Below are positions 38,689 to 48,092 of a stretch of 64,000 nucleotides of DNA, piece after piece. Source of the stretch: Patescibacteria group bacterium (GTDB taxonomy: Bacteria; Patescibacteriota; Microgenomatia; UBA8517); NCBI GenBank assembly GCA_035291665.1, contig DATDRP010000002.1, positions 1,085-65,084 of the forward strand, written 5' to 3'. Position 1 is the stretch's first letter; each line of letters opens with the position of its first letter. The position numbers and the translations under genes are program-made. The notes beneath the pieces are model-generated. The model had not been told where the DNA came from, ran no database searches, and worked only from the letters and a program-made list of their open reading frames with translations.

Positions 38689-39120
38689 TTATACTAACTC
38701 CAGTTTTTTAAGCAAGTATTTTGGTTTACCCGAGAGTTTGGGTGCAATTCTATATATAAACAAAGCCGTGAGAATGGAGCCGGAGATATCAATAAGAACA
38801 TCTCTCAACTTGGGTTCGCGACCGGGAGTAAATGATTGGTGAAATTCGTCAGAAAAAGCGTAAATCATTGCAATTATAACTGATATAATGGCTGCTTTCT
38901 TTTTATTAACTGAACTTTTAATTAAAGCTCTAAACAATAAAACGGTAAATGTCGAATATTCAATCAGGTGGGCAGTTTTTTTGATTATGAAATCCTTCCA
39001 GTGAATTTCCGATGCCCTGCCGGTCGGGCTCGCGGAAAAAAGAAATATTACCGCTGCCCATAAGACAAAAGGAAGCCAATAATATAGAAATAATTTTTTG
39101 GGGATATATGTATTTTCCAT
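38689..39120 (-). CDS. VanZ-family membrane protein
   Basis: KK.AH..EY, YA.SDEFHQSF.PGR...D. Confidence 0.9.
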   Translation of the reverse strand: MENTYIPKKLFLYYWLPFVLWAAVIFLFSASPTGRASEIHWKDFIIKKTAHLIEYSTFTVLLFRALIKSSVNKKKAAIISVIIAMIYAFSDEFHQSFTPGREPKLRDVLIDISGSILTALFIYRIAPKLSGKPKYLLKKLELV

Positions 39121-39238
39121 GGCATCCTCCTACGAGCCAAGTCAAACTTGGTTGTCGAGTCAGACTCGATCTGACTCGGGAGTTTCTTGAACACTGATAT
39201 TAATTATATTGTAAACGTGATGGGGAAATTAAGGAAGT

Positions 39239-40144
39239 CTAGTTTCTCGAAAATATTTTTCTAATATCTTTTATCGACCATTTTTTCTTCTGGGCGACAT
39301 AGGCAAATGCCGAAAGACCCAAAACTCCCGCACCTGACCCTATAAGTATAATCGGAACAAAATCCGTTTTTCCGGAATCGCTTTCATACCCCATGACACT
39401 GGCGCTACCCACTCCGTTTGAGTCTACTATTTCGGATGGTTCGCTTTCTTTTAGGTCTAACTTGATCTCTTCCGTAGGCTTTGCCATTGTGAGAACTTTG
39501 GTGGGCTTGGCAGTAGGCATGGGAGTTGATGTCGGCTTGGGGGTCGGTGTTGCCGTCGGAGTGGGCGTGTTGGTTGGCTGTGGTGTTGCCGTCGGAGTAT
39601 TGGTTGGTTGTGGGATAGAAGTGGGAGACGGGCATGGAGCTAATGTAACTCCATAATTACTTGTTCCTTTGGTTGCTGCAGCTAACCTTTCAATTGTGTT
39701 GCCAGGATCTGATCCTTCCGTCACAACAATTCTTCCTACGGTTTGGCCATGATCAGGGGGGCATACATTTCCTGCACCTCCATAAGTTATCGAATCTATG
39801 GGATTATCAGGATCTGAAATTAAAATCAACTTAATTGTGTCACCTGAATTTCCCAATCTATTCGACCAATCAATAGTACAAAAATTGCCTGTACACGTAG
39901 CTTCAGACAAATTTTTAACATTATCAGAGTCATCAATTATTTGATAGTTAGTCAGTTCCTCACTGTCGTGATAAATTTCTACCCAATCCGGCCAGTCTGA
40001 ATCATCACTAGTTCCAGCAGCTGAACTAAACTCATTAATCACAACAACGGCTCTGGTAACTGAAACCGACATCAGTAAAAATAAAAAGCTGAAAATCAAA
40101 ACTGCAGGCAGGTTTAAAAATGTTGCTCGCCCAATTGTTCTCAT
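39239..40144 (-). CDS. Lamin-tail-domain surface protein with PT-rich linker and C-terminal TM
   Basis: VVINEF...DWVEIY, LGNSGD, PTNTPT repeats, C-terminal TM and KKK. Confidence 0.8.
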   Translation of the reverse strand: MRTIGRATFLNLPAVLIFSFLFLLMSVSVTRAVVVINEFSSAAGTSDDSDWPDWVEIYHDSEELTNYQIIDDSDNVKNLSEATCTGNFCTIDWSNRLGNSGDTIKLILISDPDNPIDSITYGGAGNVCPPDHGQTVGRIVVTEGSDPGNTIERLAAATKGTSNYGVTLAPCPSPTSIPQPTNTPTATPQPTNTPTPTATPTPKPTSTPMPTAKPTKVLTMAKPTEEIKLDLKESEPSEIVDSNGVGSASVMGYESDSGKTDFVPIILIGSGAGVLGLSAFAYVAQKKKWSIKDIRKIFSRN

Positions 40145-40162
40145 GAATTAATTAAAAATACT

Positions 40163-41338
40163 CTAATAATTAATGTGAAGATAGTATGTTTCAAGGTCCG
40201 AGTCATCATGGTTGACTTTAACGTAACGCAGTGCGCAGCCGTTCGATCCCGAAAAGCTTCCTCTATATAGCTCACCTGCCTTAACTGCTTTGACGCTTGG
40301 AGAACTATTGCTATCAATATCGATTCCGTTATGGAACGAATAAACCCTGCCTACCCAGGTATTTCTCACCGCCCATGTGCTTCCAAAACCCTGCGAATAT
40401 TTTATAGGTTCGTTCAAAGGCCAACTCCAAGATCCGCTCGGGTTAAAAGGATCTCCGTCAGAACTCCCGCAAGCCGATCCCGAACAGTTTTCATAACCAA
40501 TTCCGCCTCTTAAATAATTGAATGGATTTTGAGCTGCTCCATTGGTACTCACAATAAAATGAAGATGCTCGCCGCTGCTGTTGCAGGAAGGTCCCTGGAT
40601 AACTGATGCAATCCGATCTCCTTCATTGACATGCCCCACCCGGGTTTCCGTACCTTTCCCTGAAATGATGGCAACGATTGCTTCGTATTCCGAACGAGCC
40701 GATGCTAAAAGCTGTTGGTATTTCTTTTCATCATTTTTTGTTTGTTCCAGGAGTTTCGCTTTTGCTGTTTTTTGAGAATTCAACGATTTTTGCTGGACAA
40801 TCAGTTCGTTCTGTAAAGTCTCCTGATCAGATTTTTGCTCTTCATATGTCACTTTTGCTTTGTTGAGTCTCTCCAAAAGATCAACATCTGATTGTTGGAT
40901 GCGTTTGAGGTAGTGGAAACTGGAAAATGCATCAGATATTGTATCGAACTGCAGGAATAACATATATCCTTCGGAAAAACGGGACATCTTGTAGGTTTTA
41001 CTTGCACGCTCAGAAAAAGCATCACCCAAAGCGCTTACCGAAATTTCAAGTTGGTCAATCCGCCCACCCAGAAGATTTATTTTTTCTTCGGTTTGGGAAA
41101 TTTTCAAAAGAGTCAGCTTAATCTGCGCATCGTATTGAGCTACCTGGTTGGATAATGTATCAGCCTCCGCAGAAAGCCTTTTTATCTCGTTTTCGTATTG
41201 TTGAATTTCCTGCGATAGTCTCTGAAGTTTCTCTTCTTCGGTCTCAGCGCTGACACTTTTTGTTCTTAACAAAACCGCAGCCGAAATTAGAACGGCTATC
41301 AAAAGTAATAAACCGAGTTTTTTTAGGTAACATTTCAT
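40163..41338 (-). CDS. EnvC/PcsB-like coiled coil with an M23-peptidase-like domain
   Basis: Signal peptide, long coiled coil, HLHF and HNGID motifs; directly follows ftsX. Confidence 0.8.
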   Translation of the reverse strand: MKCYLKKLGLLLLIAVLISAAVLLRTKSVSAETEEEKLQRLSQEIQQYENEIKRLSAEADTLSNQVAQYDAQIKLTLLKISQTEEKINLLGGRIDQLEISVSALGDAFSERASKTYKMSRFSEGYMLFLQFDTISDAFSSFHYLKRIQQSDVDLLERLNKAKVTYEEQKSDQETLQNELIVQQKSLNSQKTAKAKLLEQTKNDEKKYQQLLASARSEYEAIVAIISGKGTETRVGHVNEGDRIASVIQGPSCNSSGEHLHFIVSTNGAAQNPFNYLRGGIGYENCSGSACGSSDGDPFNPSGSWSWPLNEPIKYSQGFGSTWAVRNTWVGRVYSFHNGIDIDSNSSPSVKAVKAGELYRGSFSGSNGCALRYVKVNHDDSDLETYYLHINY

Positions 41339-42252
41339 TTCTTCTTTCCGGCACGGGATACGGCTATAAAACTACCCACTAAACAAAGAAGTGTTCCGAT
41401 AAAAAGCTCGATTCCCAGAATGATTCCAAAAATGCTTAAAAGCGTAATAGTATCACCCGGAAGTATCGGTATTTCGCCAAAATATTTAAGGAGCGACGGG
41501 GTGCTGTAAAGTATGATCAAGAGCGAAATTAACCAACCGGCAAAGACACCTGTGAATGCGTAAAGCAGAGCTTCAAGCATGATCGGGGATCGAATGAACC
41601 CGGGTGTAGCCCCAATAAGCGATAAAATCTCTACTTCATTTCTTCTGGTGGTCATACGCATACCCATGATGACCAAAATCAAAATGAACGATGTTCCGAG
41701 TAAAAATCCGGCAAAAATTCCCCCTCCAAGACGGATGTAATAACTGATCTGGCGCAGTCTTGCCACAACGTCGGTTAAGCTCTCTTCACCCCCGAGGCTT
41801 GCCGTAAAACCAACCTCATCGACAATTGATTCATTCTTAAGTTCGGTAATCATCCCTTCAGCATATGAAAGATCATTCAGTGTAAACTCTACGCTGGCAG
41901 GAAATATGGAAGGGGATACCAATTCAGTTAAGAGGGGATTTTCCGATGTGGCGTTTTTGTATATTTCCAATGCTTGTTCTTTTGAAACGTAAGTTACGTT
42001 TCTGATTTTTGAATCTGACTTCAACTTATTTATAAGGTCTTGGCTTTCCAGTTCCGTTGCCGTGTCAGTTAAAAAAGCTATGATTTGAGGCCTTGTTTCA
42101 AAATATCTGATTACCTGATTCGAAGAATATACAAAAATCAGAAGTATAGTTGTCACAAAAAAAGTTATCATCAGAACAAAGAGAGCCGATAACGCCTGAA
42201 AAGGGGTTCTTCGAATATTATTTAATGCTGTTTTAACGTGTATATTTGCCAT
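41335..42252 (-). CDS. ftsX: Cell division permease FtsX
   Basis: YVSKEQAL, NPL...P.S.E, RRNEVEI..LIGAT.GFI..P. Confidence 0.9.
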   Translation of the reverse strand: MANIHVKTALNNIRRTPFQALSALFVLMITFFVTTILLIFVYSSNQVIRYFETRPQIIAFLTDTATELESQDLINKLKSDSKIRNVTYVSKEQALEIYKNATSENPLLTELVSPSIFPASVEFTLNDLSYAEGMITELKNESIVDEVGFTASLGGEESLTDVVARLRQISYYIRLGGGIFAGFLLGTSFILILVIMGMRMTTRRNEVEILSLIGATPGFIRSPIMLEALLYAFTGVFAGWLISLLIILYSTPSLLKYFGEIPILPGDTITLLSIFGIILGIELFIGTLLCLVGSFIAVSRAGKKK

Positions 42253-42254
42253 AT

Positions 42255-42989
42255 TTATTTTTTTACCGGCTCAACGGATTCGATTATTTTATTCTCATCT
42301 GATTTTACACTTTTATTATCTTCAGTCTTCTTTTTCGAATCAAATGTTAAGACTCCTTTGTCCAACTTAATCACCCGCTTCTTATGTTTTTCAATAATTC
42401 CCTGATGATGGGTAGCAATAATTATCGTTTTTCCTTCTTTATTAATTTTCTCAAAAAGGTCAATTATTCCCTCTGCCGTATCCCAATCAAGATTTCCGGT
42501 TGGTTCGTCTGCCAAAACCACCTTCGGATTAACAACCAACGCTCTTGCAAGGGAAACCCTTTGAAGCTCTCCGCCGGATAATTGTGACGGGAAAAAGTCT
42601 TCCCGGTTTTTGATGTCCACCAAACTTAAAACATGCGCAATCCTGTCTTTCCAATCTTTTTCCGGTACTTTTGAGACCGCAAGAGCAATTTCTACATTTT
42701 CCCATAAAGTTTTTTCCGGTATAACTTTAAAATCCTGAAAAACAACTCCGATTTTTTGACGCAAACCGGGAATGTCTTTGATTTTCAATTTCGAAAGATC
42801 CTGTCCATCAAAAATTACCTGACCTTTATCGGGGAGGATCTCCTGAAGGATCAACCTCAAAAGAGTAGTTTTTCCGCTGCCGGATGGTCCTGTTATATAA
42901 ACAAATTCACCGCTTTCTATACTGAGATTTATGCTTTCCAGAGCTCTTACTTTACCGAAACTTTTAGTGACATTTTTAAATTCAAACAT
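42255..42989 (-). CDS. ftsE: Cell division ATP-binding protein FtsE
   Basis: GPSGSGKT, RQKIGVVFQDF, LSGGE, ADEPTGNLD; upstream of ftsX. Confidence 0.92.
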   Translation of the reverse strand: MFEFKNVTKSFGKVRALESINLSIESGEFVYITGPSGSGKTTLLRLILQEILPDKGQVIFDGQDLSKLKIKDIPGLRQKIGVVFQDFKVIPEKTLWENVEIALAVSKVPEKDWKDRIAHVLSLVDIKNREDFFPSQLSGGELQRVSLARALVVNPKVVLADEPTGNLDWDTAEGIIDLFEKINKEGKTIIIATHHQGIIEKHKKRVIKLDKGVLTFDSKKKTEDNKSVKSDENKIIESVEPVKK

Positions 42990-43134
42990 AAGTCTTAATG
43001 CATCTTAAGAGTAGCAAAATTCGAACCCGACGACAAACCCGAAAAACATTTTTAGCCACGAAAATTCAGTTTCTTTTTACCCTTAACTTCGGAAAAGCGG
43101 GTGGTTCTCCGGGGAAAATTCATGAAGAATTCTT

Positions 43135-43662
43135 TCATTCAACCACTTTTATTTTACCAACATCCATCAGCCAACCTGCAGATTTTGCAGAAATTGTCTC
43201 ACCCCAGACTGTAACTTTCTTATCTATAAACACATCCAAATCAATCACAGTTGAAGTCAAATAAACATATTTTTCCTCACCCATATCACGATCAAGGTAG
43301 TGAGTGCCTTCTCCTTTGATGCCCCCGGACTTGAGAACCCCCTCGGCAGAATCTCTGAACGTGGACTCATCCGTTACTCCCGCTTCAGTCACCTGCTTTT
43401 TATCGTCTACAACTACATCACCGCCGGATTTTGATATGCTTGATTTAGCCTGGGTTCCCGACAAAAACCAACCCGTTGCCACACCTGCCAAAACAACAAC
43501 TAAAGAACCCAGAATCAAAGAAAGTGTCTTTTTTATATTTTTTTTCGGCATCACTTCCTTAACCAATGGTTTTTCAGCTGGAACTTGAGCCTCGGGGTGA
43601 ACTTCCGGAGTCAGAAGGGAATCTGTTTTTACAACTTCTTGGGGTTTCGTTTTTTCGTCCAT
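43135..43662 (-). CDS. Single-TM hypothetical protein with a small OB-like domain
   Basis: TM, then AEGVL..GG..GEGTH.L...V.VWGE. Confidence 0.75.
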   Translation of the reverse strand: MDEKTKPQEVVKTDSLLTPEVHPEAQVPAEKPLVKEVMPKKNIKKTLSLILGSLVVVLAGVATGWFLSGTQAKSSISKSGGDVVVDDKKQVTEAGVTDESTFRDSAEGVLKSGGIKGEGTHYLDRDMGEEKYVYLTSTVIDLDVFIDKKVTVWGETISAKSAGWLMDVGKIKVVE

Positions 43663-43774
43663 ACAAATAAGTTCTATTTCAATATATCACAAGCGAAATT
43701 TAAATGAAAATACTGAAATTACGTTTAGTAAAAAGTAAAGGGATCGCCTAAAAAAATACGGACTTACCTTATAC

Positions 43775-43814
43775 GGGGTAAAGGGTGTACGCATGTTGCA
43801 CCCTAAGGGTGTAA
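43775..43814 (-). repeat. Isolated reverse type A REP just downstream of prfB
   Basis: GGGGTAAAGGGTGTACGCATGTTGCACCCTAAGGGTGTAA, 2 bp from the prfB stop. Confidence 0.85.
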
Positions 43815-43816
43815 GG

Positions 43817-44890
43817 CTATAATCCCAGCTCAGCTTCGATAAATTTATCAATTTCACCATCCAGAACTTTATCGGGGTCGGAAGTTTCAACGTTAGTACG
43901 AAGATCTTTCACCATTTTATACGGATGAAGTACATACGAACGGATTTGGTTTCCCCATGAAGCCGGCCGATATTCTCCTTTGAGTTTTTCCACTTGGTTT
44001 TTTTCCTCTTCCTGTTTCCGAATCCAAAGCAGCGCACGGAGATGTTCCAGAGCAAATTTCCGGTTTTGTTCCTGAAAACGTTCTGTCTGAGAGGTTACCA
44101 CTATTCCTGACGGAATATGCTTCAATCTTACTGCAGTCGAAACCTTCTGAACATTTTGACCACCCTGAGTTGAAGCGCGGTAGAATTGCCAATCAAGATC
44201 TTCCTCTTTTATCTGAATATCCGGAAGGTCGGTTTCTTCCAGTTCGGGAAGCACTTCGACCAGTGCAAATGAAGTTTGTCTCAAATTGTCCGCATTGAAA
44301 GGGGATTGGCGGACCAGTCTGTGGGTGCCGGCTTCATTTTTAAGATATCCGTAGGCATACTTCCCTTCAATTTTTACTGAAACACTTTTTAACCCGGCTT
44401 CCTCACCTTCGCTTACCGACAAAACAATCGTATTCCATTTTCTTATTTCACAAAAACGAAGATACATCCTATATAACATGCTTGCCCAATCCATAGCCTC
44501 TGTTCCTCCCTGACCGGCATGGATTGAAATTATCGCGCTACGCTTGTCAAAGGGCTCGGACAGAAGCAGTTCAACCTTAAGCTTATCCAACATACGTTTG
44601 GTGTCCGAAACGCTTTTTTCCATATCATCGCTTAGGGAATTTTGCTTGGCCAAATCGGAAAGAAGCGTGATATTAGACTCAATTTCTTTGAATCTTTGAA
44701 TTTCATCATTCAGGTCGGAAAGCTCCTGCATTACTTTTCTTGCTGATTCCTGGTTATTCCAAAATTCAGGATCAGTTGATTTCCCTTCCAAAATATGAAG
44801 ATCTTCCTCTTGCTTCGCCAAATTGTAATTCTTCCTGATATTCTCAAAAGAGGCTACTAACTCATCAACTTTTTCTTTAATAGTGATCAT
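43817..44890 (-). CDS. prfB: Peptide chain release factor 2 (continuous ORF)
   Basis: SPF motif, GGQ, WGNQIRSYVLHPY. Confidence 0.97.
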   Translation of the reverse strand: MITIKEKVDELVASFENIRKNYNLAKQEEDLHILEGKSTDPEFWNNQESARKVMQELSDLNDEIQRFKEIESNITLLSDLAKQNSLSDDMEKSVSDTKRMLDKLKVELLLSEPFDKRSAIISIHAGQGGTEAMDWASMLYRMYLRFCEIRKWNTIVLSVSEGEEAGLKSVSVKIEGKYAYGYLKNEAGTHRLVRQSPFNADNLRQTSFALVEVLPELEETDLPDIQIKEEDLDWQFYRASTQGGQNVQKVSTAVRLKHIPSGIVVTSQTERFQEQNRKFALEHLRALLWIRKQEEEKNQVEKLKGEYRPASWGNQIRSYVLHPYKMVKDLRTNVETSDPDKVLDGEIDKFIEAELGL

Positions 44891-44932
44891 AACGTTGTTA
44901 GTATATTAAATTATCCAAAAATGATAAAGAAT

Positions 44933-45403
44933 TCATGGTTTACAAATGAGGTCGGTAAATTTTTCAGCTTCTTTCTGGGAAAGTTTTGTATAAACCGAAT
45001 ACACCTGATCGGCGCTGACCGGATTTTTTGAATCCAAGGACGTGCCGGAATTTTGTGTTCCCAAAACTTTAACAAAACGGCTCCGTCCGATATCCAAAAT
45101 AGTTGATATTGGTTTCGGAGCGCTTTCGATTCCTAATACTTCCGTAAATATTGTGCGACCATATAGCATAAATAATCCCTCAACTCCAACCGCGAGAATG
45201 AATCCCCAAAACAAGAATGCAATCGTTTGTTTTCCCATACTCCAATTGACATACAAAAACCTGATCCTCGCAAAAGTGAAAACAATCATAAACAATAGAA
45301 GAATTAATACTCCCACCAGCCAATAAGTCGCATCAATATTAAAAGATCCAACCTTAAAAGATGTAACGGTTTTATTAAGTAGAACCAGAATTTTCTGCCA
45401 CAT
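44933..45403 (-). CDS. Two-TM hypothetical protein
   Basis: 156-aa ORF with two hydrophobic segments. Confidence 0.7.
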   Translation of the reverse strand: MWQKILVLLNKTVTSFKVGSFNIDATYWLVGVLILLLFMIVFTFARIRFLYVNWSMGKQTIAFLFWGFILAVGVEGLFMLYGRTIFTEVLGIESAPKPISTILDIGRSRFVKVLGTQNSGTSLDSKNPVSADQVYSVYTKLSQKEAEKFTDLICKP

Positions 45404-45471
45404 ACTCCAAGCCTAATTTTATCACAGCTACAAATAAAGATAATTACTTTTGAAGATTTCAAAAAATCTCA

Positions 45472-45987
45472 TTATCCTTTACGAACCGAAAGGAGTTCAA
45501 CTTCGAAGATTAAAGTTGCATTCGAAGGAATATCGGGAGGAGACCCGGCTTCTCCGTATCCCAAATCAGGCGGGATGGTCAACTTTCTTTTTCCGCCCAC
45601 TTTCATTCCGTTAACACCCTGATCCCAACCCTGAATAACTCTTCCTTGGCCCAGGGGAAAATCAAAAGGTTTCTGCCTTTCATACGACGAATCAAATACG
45701 GTTCCGTCCGTCAGAGTTCCTTTGTAATTCACAGTTACCAAATCTCCGGATTTTGCTTCCTCACCCGAACCAACCACAAGATCTTCAATTTGAAGATCGG
45801 CCGATTGAGTTGTATTTTGCGAATCGTTATTCATATTGAATTCAGGAATAGGGTTTTCAACTTTACCTTTCCCATTAATTAAATACGCAAAAAGCCCTCC
45901 TGTCAAAAGCAAAAAAAATCCTAATATGATCGCTGCGTTTTTCAAATCAAAAGCGATTTTTGTATTTTTCAAATCTTCTTCAACCAT
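45472..45987 (-). CDS. Membrane-anchored FKBP-type peptidyl-prolyl isomerase
   Basis: [26 protein letters not shown]. Confidence 0.95.
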   Translation of the reverse strand: MVEEDLKNTKIAFDLKNAAIILGFFLLLTGGLFAYLINGKGKVENPIPEFNMNNDSQNTTQSADLQIEDLVVGSGEEAKSGDLVTVNYKGTLTDGTVFDSSYERQKPFDFPLGQGRVIQGWDQGVNGMKVGGKRKLTIPPDLGYGEAGSPPDIPSNATLIFEVELLSVRKG

Positions 45988-47147
45988 AATTTCATTAAAT
46001 CCAAAAAGTCTCCGGCATCAAGTGCAACTCTTATTTTATACATCAGATTATTATAAAAATAAATATTATGAATCGTTGCCAGGCGTGATCCCAGAATCTC
46101 ATCAGACGTTAATAGGTGGTTAATATAAGCTTTCGAGAAGGTTTTACAGGTATAACAGGAACAGCTTGAGCTCACAGGTTTTTTATCATTTCTAAAGGAA
46201 GAATTCTTTATATTTATTCTGAATTTGTTTTCTACGGAACCGCCATCCTCCGGGAATATAAACAAAAGACCTGTTCTTGCCATTCGGGTTACTGAACTAT
46301 TGTCGAAAATGTCCACTCCCCTCTTGACAGCCTCAAAAACTCCTTCCGGTCCCCCACCCAGCCCGAGCGCGTGGAGTGGTTTGTCATCCGGAATATTTCC
46401 TGCAATAGTATCGAGGGATTTTGCAGTTATTTTCGGATCGGAGCCTATGGTCTCGTCCCCTATTGCAATTCCGGGAAATCCCATTCTTATTATAAATTTT
46501 AAACATTCGTTTCTTAATTTTTTATCAAGTTGACCTTGAATTATTCCGAAAAGCGCCTGATACTTTCCGTATTTACTCTTCTTCCTTGATTTTTCCCAAA
46601 AACGAAACGATTGCTCTTCCCACTTCAAAGATCTTTTAAAAGCCTCAGCGTTTTCCTTTTTTGTGTACTCATAACCCATCGGCTGGTCCAATGACATAAT
46701 AATATCTGCTCCCAATACGCTTTGAATTTTCATTGACAGTTCGGGGGTTAAAAAATGTTTTGATCCATCAATGTGCGAATAAAAATACATACCAAAGTCT
46801 GAAATTTTTGATTTTGGCTTCACTCTTACTTTCCTGTTCCATAAAAAAGACACTTGATATCCGCCGCTATCGGTTATTGCCGGACCGTTCCAACCCATAA
46901 ACGGCGCAAAACCGCCAAAATTCTCTATCGTTTCTATACCGGGTTTGAGATATAAATGATAGGCATTTCCCAGAACCACCTGTGTTTTAATGTTTTTCAA
47001 ATCAACAGGGTCAAGGGACTTTACTGTAGCTTTTGTTCCGACTGGAGAAAAAGCCGGTGTTTCAATATCACCGTGCGGGGTTTTTATTACACCCCCTCTT
47101 GCAAAACTTTTTTTGTCAAATTTCTTAACCTTAAATTCAAAATCCAT
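45969..47147 (-). CDS. tgt: tRNA-guanine transglycosylase
   Basis: [32 protein letters not shown]...HN. Confidence 0.93.
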   Translation of the reverse strand: MDFEFKVKKFDKKSFARGGVIKTPHGDIETPAFSPVGTKATVKSLDPVDLKNIKTQVVLGNAYHLYLKPGIETIENFGGFAPFMGWNGPAITDSGGYQVSFLWNRKVRVKPKSKISDFGMYFYSHIDGSKHFLTPELSMKIQSVLGADIIMSLDQPMGYEYTKKENAEAFKRSLKWEEQSFRFWEKSRKKSKYGKYQALFGIIQGQLDKKLRNECLKFIIRMGFPGIAIGDETIGSDPKITAKSLDTIAGNIPDDKPLHALGLGGGPEGVFEAVKRGVDIFDNSSVTRMARTGLLFIFPEDGGSVENKFRINIKNSSFRNDKKPVSSSCSCYTCKTFSKAYINHLLTSDEILGSRLATIHNIYFYNNLMYKIRVALDAGDFLDLMKLWLKKI

Positions 47148-47169
47148 GTGGTGATTATATCAATTTGTG

Positions 47170-48003
47170 CTACAAGTTTCGAAGTAGGGCAATTCCACCG
47201 TAGATCCCGCTGTACTCTCCAAGCGATGACTTACGAAGGAAGGGAAGTTTTGGAAACTTTCTGTTGAGTTTTTCCATTTCGGTTCGCACTTGATTCAAAT
47301 CAAAATAATCGGATGAAGAAACTCCTCCGCCCAAAATAATTATATCCGGAGACCAAAAGACTGTTACGTTTGTTAAACCCACTGCTGTCTTTTTTACAAT
47401 ATCTTTCCAGACCCGTTTCTCCGTCAAACTTTCAGCATCTTTTTTATAAATTCGTTTGATTGAACTGCCGGAAATCAAATCTTCTAATGTGGCAATTCTT
47501 TTTCCGCTTTTTCCCAGACTTAAACTTTGGCTTAGACTTAGACTGATAATCTGTGACCCTGGTTCGAATCCGAAAGATTTTTCATCAATCTTGCCGTTAA
47601 CAATTCTCGCCCCTCCGACGCCGGTGCTGATAGTAATATATGCAGCAATTCTGAACCCCTTTCCTGCTCCGTAAACTGCTTCACCCAAAGCAGCAAGAGC
47701 TGCATCGTTCTCAAGAAAAACTTCTGATCCAAGCTGCTTTTCCAAGCTGCTTTTTAACTTGAAACCCTCCCATCCGTGAAGATTCGGACTTTTGAAAATC
47801 GTATTTCTATCTTTATCAAAAACTCCCGCAATTCCTCCGACTGTTTTATAAATCTTTTGTTCACCGACAAATTCCAATATTCTGTCCAAGCCATCAACTG
47901 CCGATTCCGGAGTGTTTATGATTTTTGAAGATACCAACTTCAGCGACTCATTAACAAGTCCCAGCCGTATATGCGTTCCTCCTATGTCAAAGACAAGATA
48001 CAT
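47170..48003 (-). CDS. ROK-family sugar kinase
   Basis: DIGGT, ENDA..AALGE, STGVGG, ILGGG. Confidence 0.92.
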   Translation of the reverse strand: MYLVFDIGGTHIRLGLVNESLKLVSSKIINTPESAVDGLDRILEFVGEQKIYKTVGGIAGVFDKDRNTIFKSPNLHGWEGFKLKSSLEKQLGSEVFLENDAALAALGEAVYGAGKGFRIAAYITISTGVGGARIVNGKIDEKSFGFEPGSQIISLSLSQSLSLGKSGKRIATLEDLISGSSIKRIYKKDAESLTEKRVWKDIVKKTAVGLTNVTVFWSPDIIILGGGVSSSDYFDLNQVRTEMEKLNRKFPKLPFLRKSSLGEYSGIYGGIALLRNL

Positions 48004-48092
48004 AAATTAAAGATATAAAGATATTAAGATACTTGGGTATTAAGAAATAATTTCTCCTAATATCCTAATATCCCATCACCTAATATCTTCCC

